DNA of 32,750 nucleotides from Octopus bimaculoides (GCF_001194135.2 NC_068981.1:77558029-77590778); one strand, 5' to 3'; positions 11,935 to 25,151 are shown, numbered from the stretch's first letter. Made by a program: numbers and translations. Notes: generated by a model from the letters alone, not told the origin.

Positions 11935-13960
11935 ATCACTTCCTACATAACTTAATGAGTTTCCGTGCATGTGGGAATCAAGAATGTCTAGAGTCATGTT
12001 CTTCAGCAAAACTTGTTGCTGCTTTGCGTATCGTAACTTTCGTGTTTTCGTTGTTGATTTGAAGACTAATCATTGTACGGCTTTTGATGAGATTAATCAC
12101 CAAAACATATATTACTACAGATACGGTACTAAGGAGTCCAGATCATCGATTAGGTCAAGATCTGCGAGTCTTCCAGTCTTTTTATACCGGACACTGCGTT
12201 CAGAATAGACTTTCTCATAATGAAATTAACCACAAGCAAGGACAAAACGTGGGATAATACAATACTGACACACCCTTGGGATGATGTCTAACCACTTTGT
12301 GTTCCCATCGTTAGTCCTGACCTAGCAACGTGTCTCCCAGTTAAATTAACATTTAATATTGATATAGCGGATGCACATTACCTGCAGTGCTATAATCTTC
12401 CTTGATAATTCCATGTACACATAGTTGAAGACTGTTTTGTAGTTTATAAAGTTGACCACAACCAGCAGCTGGAATTCTTGGTCCACCTGAATAGTGTTGT
12501 TTAACGTGTGGATTTATTTACAGCATGACCTTCTGCTCCAGAATATTCATTTATTCCTTTCGTAAATAATCATCAACTACTTTCTTCATGTGGATAAGGA
12601 TAACACTTTGCTAGGAGTATTTCCACGACACCCCGGTGCAGTCGCATACTGCTTCTTTCTTGAGCAATGTTACTATCACTCTGTCATCTCACGTCTAAAC
12701 AATTTCTAATTCATGCTATATTAAATTGCAGCTCTTCAAAGTGACATCTCTCACACGCTTAAACAGTTCAGCAATATCTTCATCTAACCCTGCTACCCGT
12801 TGTTCTTCAGGCTTAAGAATAGCTTTGATGTCTTCTTCCGCCGAGATGTTGTCACCTGGTACCTGCAGATAACCTGCCAAAGTCCTCCAGTTCCATGAAG
12901 GGCTAAATCGCCCGGATCTAGCCGAATAGGTTTGGTCGGTTCATCACATCATAGAAATATTCCACTGATTTGATTGATTAATACTCTCTCGTTAATAGTG
13001 ATCAATCATCTTTACCCTTGACACTCATGAATTACACCTTGCTCCCGTCATCTCTTACACAATACTTGCAGTTGCTTCTTTTGTCTTCTTGCCTTTCTCA
13101 TCGATCCACATCCCCTTCTCACTCCAACAATTTCTTATCACATACTTCATTAGGTGTTTGTACTTCATGTCTTGTTTTTCCGAGTGTACATCCCTTGTTT
13201 GGTCCATGTTTGTTGTTACTTCTTCCTTCCTGTGAACCATATCCCACGAGGCTGCAAAGATCTATCGCTCCAGGAAATCGCTCTTCCTGTGGCAGAGTAC
13301 ATCATTGGCACTTGACGTAATGATATGTTGGAAACGAGTCCACTGGCCCTCGACGCTACCCTTCAAACATTAACATTCTTCTCAAAGAATATAGTCGATA
13401 TTTCTACTTGCTTGAAAGACTTCACTGGTTCGTCGTAATGCACGGTCTTTAAGATCAGTACTTTTACTTAGCTTCAAAGGAATCCTTCCATCCAACAGAC
13501 TGTGGTCTGAGACAACATGCTCACGGATACACATGAACATCTTTCAAGTATAACTGCCAGCTAGCACTAATGTAAATGTTGTCGATTTCGTTCGTGGTGT
13601 TATCACTCTGTGAAATCCATGTATTTTTGTGGATACACTTATGAGCAAGGAATGCATTACCTACATTAACAAGACAACAACAAACCGGCACCAGCAGCCT
13701 CTCAACGCTGTTGCATTTACTGTTGGTTAAACCACGAAGTCTAGTCCGAAGGATAATACACCACATCAGTCACTTTTTAGCTGAGAACTGATGTTATATT
13801 GTCCGCACGTTATCTCCATAGGCGATACGCACCAAGGCCCTCCAGTATATCGCGCTGACGCCCAAGATGTTTATGCTGAATACAAACGTAAAGTTTCGAA
13901 GTGGAGAAGGGAATTTGCAATCCTAGATGGCTGATCTATTCAAAGTACTTCAAGCCAGCA
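11935..13960 (-). mobile_element. Decayed RTE-clade LINE (APE endonuclease + RT)
   Basis: INILGVSAIYW (EN start); VGNAFLAHKCIHKNTWISQSDNTTNEIDNIYIS..LKDVHVY (EN end); ISAEEDIKAI..AGLDEDIAELFK; HMKKVVDDYLRKE..VNFINYKTVF; GCVSIVLSHVL-like region; LADLDLIDD (RT catalytic region). Confidence 0.88.
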
Positions 13961-14283
13961 CCAGATCAGCATGAGATTTGAGGTCTCATAACACTGCTAT
14001 TGGAAAGGTGACATTCAAGTGTCAAGAAAAGAAAAAGTTCAAATAAGCTATATCTGTGTGTGTGTGTGTGTATGTATATACGTATGTGTTTTCTCTAACT
14101 TGTGGCCAAATTGAGAAAGTCAACAAACGTGCCATATCTTGATATTCTTTTCTGAACCAGATTCTTAATTCACCTGAAGAAAATGGACTATTGCATGACG
14201 CAATCGGTTTATTCATCAGTAGAAAAGACGTGTTTGAAACAGCTGTAGTGAACCTCAACCAATTTGTGCTGTTTTTTTATATA

Positions 14284-14288
14284 AATAC

Positions 14289-14320
<32 letters not shown>

Positions 14321-14490
14321 ATATACATACATTTGTAAACACACACATATATATACATACATACATGCAAACATACATATATATATATATATATATACAT
14401 ACATACATACATACATACATACATACATACATACATACATACATACACACAAACACACATACATACATACATACATACATACATATCTAC
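14284..14490. repeat. Compound (TA)/(GT)/(TACA) microsatellite block
   Basis: Direct reading; source of several spurious ORFs. Confidence 0.95.
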
Positions 14491-14917
14491 TCATACACAC
14501 GCTCGCATATATTAAAGTGACTCTGTTTGTTTAAGAGGTGAATTTTTAAGCGCTACCTTTCATATTGATTCCACTACACGGATTTATCATGAATAAACTG
14601 AAATCTAAATGAATCATACAAGAAACCAAGTAAATTCACCCAAAGTCGTGTCAGTAATCCATTAATAATTAATTTCACCCCGTTTTAACGTCATAAATCG
14701 ATGTTTACAATTCACCTCGTGTATTAAAAGTAAAAGCTTATCTGGTATGCGAGAAACTTCGGTAACTGTTTTCGTGCAGCTTGTGTGAAGACCAGAGACG
14801 CTACTCAAACGTATACGTTTATACACATCGATTCACACACAGATATAAATCATACAAACATATCCACGTGTATTATTTGTATATGTATATATTAAATATA
14901 TATAAATATATAGATAT

Positions 14918-14952
<35 letters not shown>

Positions 14953-15371
14953 TGCTTCTAATAAATCAGAAATTCGTATATAACCAATTATATATGTATA
15001 TTTATTTTACAGATAACTATTTCGTTTCCAGTAAATCACAAGCCCATAGATTAATGCTTATATATTCAGCGATATACGTATAGTTATTTACAAATATTTA
15101 ACTCGTCTTCAGTAAATAACGCTCTCTTTTAATAAATCTATGCAGATTTATACGTCTACATACGTGCGCTCGTACACACACACACACGCACACATATACT
15201 CACACACACACACACACATTCACTTGCAGTCACAAATACGTATGTTTTGCTTGCACCTGCGGGTAACACCATTATAATTGACTCTTAACCCGCTATGAAG
15301 TATATTTGAGTCATTCATTCGGGAAAAAAGTGTTTGGTTTTCGAATTTTGGAATCTGTGCTAGACATGCAT

Positions 15372-15421
<50 letters not shown>

Positions 15422-17075
15422 NNNNNNNNNNNNNNNNNNNNNNNNNNNNNNNNNNNNNNNNNNNNNNNNNNNNNNNNNNNNNNNNNNNNNNNNNNNNNNN
15501 NNNNNNNNNNNNNNNNNNNNNNNNNNNNNNNNNNNNNNNNNNNNNNNNNNNNNNNNNNNNNNNNNNNNNNNNNNNNNNNNNNNNNNNNNNNNNNNNNNNN
15601 NNNNNNNNNNNNNNNNNNNNNNNNNNNNNNNNNNNNNNNNNNNNNNNNNNNNNNNNNNNNNNNNNNNNNNNNNNNNNNNNNNNNNNNNNNNNNNNNNNNN
15701 NNNNNNNNNNNNNNNNNNNNNNNNNNNNNNNNNNNNNNNNNNNNNNNNNNNNNNNNNNNNNNNNNNNNNNNNNNNNNNNNNNNNNNNNNNNNNNNNNNNN
15801 NNNNNNNNNNNNNNNNNNNNNNNNNNNNNNNNNNNNNNNNNNNNNNNNNNNNNNNNNNNNNNNNNNNNNNNNNNNNNNNNNNNNNNNNNNNNNNNNNNNN
15901 NNNNNNNNNNNNNNNNNNNNNNNNNNNNNNNNNNNNNNNNNNNNNNNNNNNNNNNNNNNNNNNNNNNNNNNNNNNNNNNNNNNNNNNNNNNNNNNNNNNN
16001 NNNNNNNNNNNNNNNNNNNNNNNNNNNNNNNNNNNNNNTATATATTACCAACAATCGTACGTCCTTGCATGCGTATAATTAATTAATAATTACTTGTGGC
16101 TTTATTGATTATGTATGACTTTTCCATCATTGTTACCTGAATATATAAACAACATCCATAAAAAATATATATCTCACTAAAAGCAAACAAAGTAAAATAA
16201 AACACCATGAAGCAAAATTATATCAACCGACTAAATAATTATGTACTTCCTATGCAATCATTCCTATCTACAAATACGTTTAATAAACATTTGAAACGTC
16301 ATGGAGCAGAAAATGAAATTACCATCCTAATAAACGTTTGCTTTGATTAGTATAATGATGGTGATATAGATAACATGCAAACTAAATTTGTTGAAAAACT
16401 GGCTCCACAAAACTGAGAAACAAATTGAAAATATGATTAAAGGAATAACAAAGTCACTTCATCTCGTACGTAGATATGGTAAACTAAAGCTTACAGTGAT
16501 TTTCGAACGCGGCGTCATTTTTCCTCGCTTGAGAGAGTCAGAGGCGACTTCAAAAGACTGATATCCACCAATAAACAAATTCATACAATACTGGCTACGT
16601 CAACTGAACACATTTCATCTCGTGTCACTTCAGCAGGTGACACTCAGCAGCAGCAACAACGAAAAGCCTACTGCCATTTTGATCAGCAAATCTAAAAACC
16701 AACCGCCCAAGCAAAAACGATTTTAAACCATTTAAATTCATGCCAAGACTATGCTCAATGCATTTGTAAATTTGGACTCACAGGCAACAACACAATCCAG
16801 TATCTTGTTCTTTTCTTTGTCTTCCTGGTCGCCGTAGAATTATGGCGAATACGTGTCCAAATGGTCAGCTCAAATAATGTTCTAAATACAGAGTCGATGG
16901 CTCTGACCTTGAACACAAATTCACAGAGAGTAAAAATGTGCATTCTTCCACTCGAAACTATAGCATAACTCTTTTTCATCGAGAATGTGCCTAAACGAAG
17001 AAGTACAATCAACATATCACATGCGTATAACGGAGAAGAAACAACAACCAGCAAAGCAAAGTTGAAACCAAATTA

Positions 17076-17110
<35 letters not shown>

Positions 17111-17459
17111 CAAAGGATATATAAGCATATGCATGTATACACACATATATGTACATACCTACATCTACATGTGTATATAGATGCATATTCGGGTACAGGA
17201 CGTTAGAAAAATGAACTACAGACAACGGAACGAACACATAGGAAAACAAACAAGCCACTTGTGGAATTATTCCTTCATCAGCTGCCTCTATTCTGAACTA
17301 GGCGTTTCGAATATAAGACAGGGCGCACTCTTAGAATATATATATATTTCAAATTAATAATAAAAGGTAAAATTAATTAATTAAATTAATTAATTAATGA
17401 TTTTACCAAGTAGCTCGGTACATTATTATAACCTTTATAGGTAAAATTATACAAATATT

Positions 17460-17647
17460 CTATAATTCTAAACATAATTATAATTAGGGGTCAGCTAATT
17501 GCTTCACCACATACCGAATTTAGAAATAGGAGTTAAAAATTTCTTTTCTACTACTGTCGTGGAGATTCTTAGAGTAATAGAAAAGGAATTCGATATGTGG
17601 TGAAGCAATTAGCTGACTCCTAATTATAATTATGTTTATAATCATAG
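17460..17647. repeat. 61-bp inverted repeat with 66-bp spacer inside a (TA)n-flanked interspersed repeat
   Basis: 17460-17520 versus the reverse complement of 17587-17647: 4 mismatches in 61 bp. Confidence 0.9.
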
Positions 17648-17678
<31 letters not shown>

Positions 17679-18909
17679 TCCCATTCACCACCTTCTATTA
17701 TTAGTCACTGAAGATCACAAAAAAAGAATTTAGAAGAAACTTAAAACAAAATGGACATGCAGAACAAAATATACCCTTGGCACTAACTTAACCAGAAAAC
17801 ATGACAGCTTGCATATATAATAATCTATCAACACTAATCTTCTCATGACACCTGAATGCAAAATCGTCAACAAAAAAAACATCAGTCCTCACCTTCATCT
17901 CATTATATAAACTGCGCCGAGTGTTGCAAGTAAACGACACACTGTATAATTGAAGGTACTTGGAACGACATAAACAGCCCCCGTCACTTGTTTTGACATG
18001 ACAGCGAGGTGCACAAGGCTGTTCGCATAAAAAAAAAAAACAGGAGATTCCATAGACGGGAATTCGGATTACTAAACCGGCTCAACGCATCCCTCGCTTC
18101 ATCATAACCAAAGACGAACGTACACGACTCTCATTTGTAAGTTAAAAAAAAGTTTAAAACTTCATCACTATTCAAGCGGATTACACAGGATGAAATAAAT
18201 GATGAGATACCTTTTCTTTCATAATTCCCTTAGTGCAGACGCAAGAAATATATTTCCAGGCGATTACTACAAATCTATGTCTGAGCATAATAAATGAATT
18301 GTTTAACGTTAAGTTACCTCTCTGTGTTTCTTCCAGTGTTTCCGCGGTGCTTCCAAGATTATCTCGATAAAAGTAGCCTTTCACCCAAAATGGGATTCTG
18401 GGAAAATTAATGATTGAGATTTTAACCTTACCAACGTGAATTTTCTCACAAATACTTTAAAACCAGGCTATTGCATCTCATTCTCAGACAGCTTATGAAT
18501 TTTATGAACTTTATGAATGTTTTGTACTCCAGATTATGAATAATCAATTCGTGCTTGGTCAAACACGACACTCCAAAATTTCATTCAACACTAGCACTAT
18601 GCGAAACTTCTTACTTGAGAAGGTTACTCTCTCTAGCCAGACTAAGTTCCTATAGTACAATGGTATGCAATATGCCTTCCTTTTTAAGTTGATTGAGAGA
18701 GATTTAGTAGCTATTTCCAGCAGGTCGTGCAACCATATGGATTCTCTCGTTGGTTTTCATGATGAATACTTTGTTTCAATGGACCTATGAGAAAACATAA
18801 CTCTTTAAACCTTATCTGTAAGAACTATCTAGAGAAGGTGTACGAATATCGTTGAAAATCCTTTCTTTTGAAACCATTTATTAGATTTCTCTTTATAGAA
18901 AACTGGAAA

Positions 18910-19166
18910 GGCGGCCAGCTGACAGAAACGTTAGTACGCCGGGCGAAATGCTTAGCGGTATTTCGTCTTCCGCTACGAGTGCTTGTAATTCAAAGGGTCA
19001 GCCTTGTCACACTGTGTCACGTTGAATATCCCCGAGAATTACGTTAAGGGCACACGTGTCTGTGGAGTGCTCAGCCACTTGCACGTTAATTTCACGAGCA
19101 GGCTGTTCCGTTGATTGGATCAACTGGAATCCTCAACGTCGTAAGCGACGGAGTGCCAAGAGAGAG
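18910..19166 (+). mobile_element. Chimeric SINE (head of one family fused to the body and tail of another) with ~15-bp TSD
   Basis: GGCGGCCAGCTGACAGAAACGTTAG...CCGCTACG joined to GCTTGTAATTCAAAGGGTCAG...GACGGAGTGCCAA and a short (AG)n. Flanked by ATAGAAAACTGGAAA (18895-18909) and ATAGAAAACTGGGAAA (19167-19182). Confidence 0.7.
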
Positions 19167-20797
19167 ATAGAAAACTGGGAAAAAGTTTCATAATCCGAAA
19201 CCGTAGAGAAAATACATGTTATGAAGGTATCACTGTACAGTCGTTTGACCTGCGACAAATCTCAGGTTACTCTTAATACGCTACCATATCGAAAAATTGA
19301 AGTCGCCTTAGATACACTGTGGCTAAACAAGAGACACAATGATCACAGCCTTTCATAATAAGGTGGTTTTGTAAGGAAAACAAAAGAGAACTTAAATTTT
19401 CGTTCTCAGAGTAAGAGAGAATTAAAACTACTCCAATAAACAGCATGGTAAAACAAAATAGGATTTGAGATATACTAAAAACTGATTAATCGCACGTTTC
19501 ACTAAAGCACTCAGCTAAAAAAGCGCAGAACTATTCTTTTTGAAGAAACGTTTGAAAGCTGTTAAACAACTTACTAATTTGATAGTGACACGTATACAGA
19601 TAGAGAAGATGAGGAAAATAGTTTTCAAAGAATTAAAATTTCATTGAAACGGTAAGCCGAACAGCGGATAACGATAAATCAAAACGTCTTCTTTCCTTAT
19701 GTACGAAAGTTCCATTCGTTCTTCAATTAAATTATAAATCTGTACCAATTAAGAATCAACATAGCTCCTATTCTAACGATACTTCCTAGGTTTTACTCTA
19801 TTCAGAGACCCGTACGATGGTGCATTTTACCACTCAAAGGCAAAAAAGATATATTAAACTGTTAAACGCAATGTGTGTATGTATATATAGATATGTTTAT
19901 GTCTGCATATTTTCTTTTAATGTTGTTGTTAGGAAAAATGTTTCATCTGAGATAGATAACACTGCAGAAGGTTAGATAATTAGAATAGATATGCACTACT
20001 TATATTCACTACTTTTTGTTTATGTATATGCGTGTATATATATATATATAATTATATATATATATAAATATAATTATATATATATATATATTTAATGCCA
20101 TTAACTATTATGTATCAAAACCTTTCCCGTTGCATATATTACATACAACTTCGTTACCGTGATTATATGCTGCTATCCTTTATAATTTAGCTGTTGGCCA
20201 GGTCTGATGTGCTACCTGTTGCAATTATTTTTCTTTATACCCAATATATTTCGTTAATATATTCTCACACTACCTTATTTAATTTTCCATGCACGTCGCG
20301 CGCACACAAACTCAAATACAGATACACACACACACACACACACACGCACACACACACACATTTTCACTCCTCTGTATTCGCTCTCGTACAATTTTGTTGA
20401 TATAGCTACAAGTGAAAATCTGATTGAGCTAAACTATAAAGCAAATATACTCTCCCGTCGTACCTATCTCCTCCTTTTTAGACTTTCTAGGATTACGTTA
20501 TTCAATTTATTTTTTATTGTTTTATTTTTGTTTGGTTTTGTTTTTTCCTTTCCGAAATGTTTGATTTGAGGTAAATATATCCACTAGTTACAGCAAGTCA
20601 ATTGAAGGCATAGACGTTTCGTCGTCGGCTCGTTTTCTACAATGTTGTTTACATTAGTCTATCAACTTGTTTTTCTTCTGTCTATCATTTTTGTTTCCTT
20701 CTTGTCATTTTATGTTATGCTATGTTTCTTGGTATTTGGACGGTGTTGTGTATATCTAACATTTTCTTTATCCTCTAACTCTATCTGTTTATCGCTG

Positions 20798-20851
<54 letters not shown>
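20798..20851. repeat. (TCTA)n microsatellite within a long degenerate TCTA-rich tract (~20770-21200)
   Basis: Direct reading. Confidence 0.95.
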
Positions 20852-21385
20852 AGTCTTTGTGTGTTTATGTAGATATCTCTTATGATCTATCCACCTTTCT
20901 ATCTCTGTCTACCCAGATATCTCCTATTGATCTATCTCCCTATCAGTCTGTCTCAACGTCTGCTTAACTGTGTTTTTATTTATTTATCTTTCTATATATT
21001 TGTCATATATATATATCTGTCAAACTATTTATCTATCCCAGCATTTATTTATGTCTCTCTGTGTCTGCCTATACATATTCACTCACATATCGATATGTCT
21101 GTATGCTTATCTATTTGTCGCTCTGTCTATCTATTCACCTATCTTTAATATATGCCAGTCCATCTTATTAGAGTTATCCATCCGTCAAGTTATCCATCAT
21201 GAGTATTGCCTTCCTTCCTGATTAAAAAGACACTCTAAAATATGTCTATCTCTATCTACTTCACTCTTGCACATTATCTTATAACGTATCCATGTAACAT
21301 TGTACATAGCGTTTGCAGTAAATCATAGCTTTGCTCGAATGCAGGTATAAAGAATAGTTTAGGAGTCCGTCTTGCATCTCTTTAG

Positions 21386-21462
21386 ATTCATCCATCGACA
21401 CGGTTTCTTGAGCCAAGGGTCTGTTAACAGCGTCGTATTAACTGCAGCATTGTTACAGAAAG
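21386..21462 (+). CDS. Candidate internal exon, product unknown
   Basis: Acceptor GTCTTGCATCTCTTTAG, donor AAG|GTAAAC, one open frame (FIHRHGFLSQGSVNSVVLTAALLQK). No recognisable homology. Confidence 0.15.
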
Positions 21463-22100
21463 GTAAACGAAAATTTTGTGATAATACGTCGAATAGATTG
21501 CATATTTTATTTAAATGATCGGATTTCTCATTCAAGGTTTCATACTAATTCTGCCTGAAGATTATGTCATGAGTACGAGCAATGAAGATTATTCAGTTAA
21601 TTATCTTATGGCATAATGATAAAGTAGTTCCATTGGTTAAACAATTGGAATCCTCATTGTGGAAACCTTCGCGAGAGGGGAATGGTTTTGCAAAGAAAAT
21701 TATGAAAACTTTGTATGGTAGCGTGTGAGACAGCCTTGCTTTCAGGGACCCATTCCTTTTATTGTCATTTCATGAAATATGTTTGTGTCTCATGATAACT
21801 ACTTTTCTGATTATGCGGTTCTTTCATTGCTTGAGGCGCTCTCTAAATTCACATACATACACGCACGGCTAGATTGATAGATACCGATATAGAAGTATAT
21901 ACATCATAAACGTGCATATGTATGTGTTTCTCTCTCTCCCTCCCGATCCCTCGCTCTCTCGCACATATCTCCTAATATAATAATAAGCGTAGTGTTTTTA
22001 TATATTTGTATGTATGTATGTGTGTATGTATGTATATGTATATGTATATATATATAAATATACACTTTCTCCTACTCTATGATTTTGGACAAATACATAC

Positions 22101-22142
<42 letters not shown>

Positions 22143-22755
22143 NNNNNNNNNNNNNNNNNNNNNNNNNNNNNNNNNNNNNNNNNNNNNNNNNNNNNNNNNN
22201 NNNNNNNNNNNNNNNNNNNNNNNNNNNNNNNNNNNNNNNNNNNNNNNNNNNNNNNNNNNNNNNNNNNNNNNNNNNNNNNNNNNNNNNNNNNNNNNNNNNN
22301 NNNNNNNNNNNNNNNNNNNNNNNNNNNNNNNNNNNNNNNNNNNNNNNNNNNNNNNNNNNNNNNNNNNNNNNNNNNNNNNNNNNNNNNNNNNNNNNNNNNN
22401 NNNNNNNNNNNNNNNNNNNNNNNNNNNNNNNNNNNNNNNNNNNNNNNNNNNNNNNNNNNNNNNNNNNNNNNNNNNNNNNNNNNNNNNNNNNNNNNNNNNN
22501 NNNNNNNNNNNNNNNNNNNNNNNNNNNNNNNNNNNNNNNNNNNNNNNNNNNNNNNNNNNNNNNNNNNNNNNNNNNNNNNNNNNNNNNNNNNNNNNNNNNN
22601 NNNNNNNNNNNNNNNNNNNNNNNNNNNNNNNNNNNNNNNNNNNNNNNNNNNNNNNNNNNNNNNNNNNNNNNNNNNNNNNNNNNNNNNNNNNNNNNNNNNN
22701 NNNNNNNNNNNNNNNNNNNNNNNNNNNNNNNNNNNNNNNNNNNNNNNNNNNNNNN

Positions 22756-22826
<71 letters not shown>

Positions 22827-23367
22827 TACATGCATGAATACATACGTATATAAGTATATAGAGTCAACAGATGATATCCAGAGATGTACAATGTAGGGAA
22901 CACTTTGTAGCGCTCAAATCATTTGAACTTTCACTCAAAAATCTTTACGAAGTAGTAAGTTCGCAGGGTAAAGTGTGGCTATAAGAGGAATTCAGGTGAA
23001 CAAATATGGAGATAGTGACAAAAACGAACAAATAAAACCGCTTATGCTAGAGTATATAAAATATAAATACATATATACGTGTAGAGACAAACAAAGACTG
23101 AAAATATTTAGACGATGAACATTCGTATTTAAGCATATTAGATACTGATATATTAATAGAATAGATTTACACAGAACAAAAGCACAAAATACTAAGGGGA
23201 AAATATATGGCATTACGGGTCCGACAGCTACTTCTGGGTCTCAGAATTACGTAATAATATTGATAGATGTTCGCAAAAAGTCAAGAATATGCAACCAGTA
23301 GTGGATGCTTATAAACGTTAGATGAAACATGTCTCCAACAGATCTTAGACATATAACGGTACCATAG

Positions 23368-23520
23368 GCTCAGATAAAATGGTCTGGAGACCTTGTGCGC
23401 ATGCAGGAAAACAGGCTGCCAAAGTAGCTTTTCTACCGGGATCTGACTGAGAGCAATCGACCAAGAAGACAGCCAAAGCTTCGTTTTAGAAACACTCTGA
23501 TAAAATCCCTACAGGACAAC
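23368..23520 (+). mobile_element. RTE-clade LINE C-terminal fragment
   Basis: AQIKWSGDLVRMQENRLPK*LFYRDLTESNRPRRQPKLRFRNTLIKSL matches the RTE post-RT motif LRWxGHVxRMxxxRLPKxxxYGEL..GRPKLRxKD. Confidence 0.88.
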
Positions 23521-23669
23521 TGCCCTTGTTCTTGCTCACAGTATATTCTTTGCGTAGGCAAACAGACTTTACTGTACAGTACTGTTGCTACATATCTCTT
23601 GCTCAGCGATTTAAAACTAGTTGTTTTTTCTCTTTACGAGATCAGCGTCTGTGTCGATTTAAAAGTACA

Positions 23670-23808
23670 TACTGTGAGCAAGTGCGAGTGGCTGCTATCT
23701 CTAACCGGCGGTTGTCCTGTACCGTCGAAGGGAAATTACCTAGAAACCATTGGTCAACAGGTATCACTACGGTTAGAAAGGGAGAAGTAGACTCCCTTGC
23801 TCACAGTA
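23670..23808. mobile_element. 139-bp MITE-like element, TA-flanked
   Basis: TA-CTGTGAGCAAG ... CTTGCTCACAG-TA terminal inverted repeat. A third copy of the right end lies at 23531-23543. Confidence 0.55.
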
Positions 23809-24038
23809 CACGGACATAGATCACGTATCGGTAGCCTGCTGGAAAAGATGTTTTCCTTGGACTAAAACGTAGTAACATTATCCTACGCAGGACTGCTACG
23901 TTGCGTTGACAAATAGACTTTACTGTACAGTACTGTTGCTACATATTTCTCGCTGAAAGATTTAAATGTAGTTGTTTTACTCTTTATGTGTGTGTTTGTG
24001 CGTGTGTGTGTGTGTATCTGTGAGTTTTTGTATCTGCG

Positions 24039-24185
24039 GTTGTCCCCCCCCCCCCACCATCACTGCTTAACANNNNNNNNNNGTTGTCCCCCCCCCCCCA
24101 CCATCACTGCTTAACAACCATTGTTAGTGTATGTTAGCGTAACTTAGTGATTTGACAAAAGAACCGATAGAATAAGTTCTAGGCT
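24039..24185 (+). mobile_element. SINE body fragment (same family as 1262-1439)
   Basis: GTTGTCCCCC..CACCATCACTGCTTAACAACC...GACAAAAGAACCGATAGAATAAGTTCTAGGC. Confidence 0.75.
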
Positions 24186-24374
24186 TTCTCTTCTAGACAT
24201 TAACTCTTCCTATGTTTCACACCTGCCCTTTTTTTTTTCGCGAGTTCCAAGTACCTTTAAGACTTTAACTATTAGCCAAAAAAACTCCCTAGCCCTACTC
24301 CCTCTACACTCAGCATTAAGTTTGTCTACTGGATATGTCACATCTTTCTTTATATGAATTGCACCATGACAATC

Positions 24375-24686
24375 ACGGGTTCAAAATCCTGCGACAACCA
24401 GCATCAAATTTCAGCTACCCTGCAGCTAACATTGAGCATTTGATTCAAATGTAAATTCTGTATTACTCAATGTGTTGGTTAAACAGACCGTCGCCCGGAT
24501 GATCGATTTCACTAATCTGTAGCCCACCATTTCAATACACCTGGCCACCCCATTAAGTACTTCTCGGTGCCTGGCATTTTTGTACACAACAGAGCAGCAC
24601 GCTCCAGCAAACACAAAAAACAACGCATCATATTCTCCCTCAAAACGGTTTCCTCTTTTTACATTTCAATGAACGTTTCTTCTTTT
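24375..24686 (+). mobile_element. Penelope/Poseidon-type GIY-YIG endonuclease fragment
   Basis: KCKFCITQCVG*TDRRPDDRFH*SVAHHFNTPGHPIKYFSVPGI...KHKKQRIIFSLKTV resembles CxxCxxxYIGETGRRLxDRFxEH..PVAxHFN.PGH..EQRLIFxLGT. Confidence 0.8.
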
Positions 24687-25151
24687 ACTTTTTCCTATTC
24701 TGCTCCACTCCAACATGTTTTTATGTATGTTCGTTATGCAAAACGCTACTAGAAAATCGCTTTTACTTTTTATTATATTTCTGTTACTTTTATTTTTATA
24801 TTGTGGGTCTTGCGTTTGTATATGGACAGGCACACACACACACTCACTCATGCGCACGCACACAGATAACAATGTATGAGTATACACTTACATAGCACTG
24901 TGTACAAGCATCCACGTTGCATACCGTTCATATAGACATCTGCTCACAGCGAGATCGTACACGTGTGAGTATGTGTGTGTGAGAATATGCAAGCTGCTAG
25001 CTATGCTTGTATTTCCAATGAGTGCTATATCCTTCATATGTGTGTTTCTCATGGTTTCTACTATAAATATAAGTAAGTATTTGTTTGCCTATTTGTGAAT
25101 ATTTTCAAACCACCAGCTTGATTCTGATCTCTCGTGTATCTTCTATCTTCT

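Noticed and set aside
16630-16677. Minus-strand signal-peptide-like MAVGFSLLLLLSVTC followed by TGA (selenocysteine?)
   Set aside because: A second stop follows within five codons, the leucine run comes from a CAG repeat, and no SECIS was seen.
20595-20645. Minus-strand GAAACGTC with a possible stem I
   Set aside because: The CTGANGA core is missing (reads AAAACGA).
17953-24260. 14-bp inverted match AAGGTACTTGGAAC at 17953 and 24244, near TTGA/TTAA (Kolobok-like ends?)
   Set aside because: A few 14-mer inverted matches are expected by chance in 33 kb, and no transposase was found between them.
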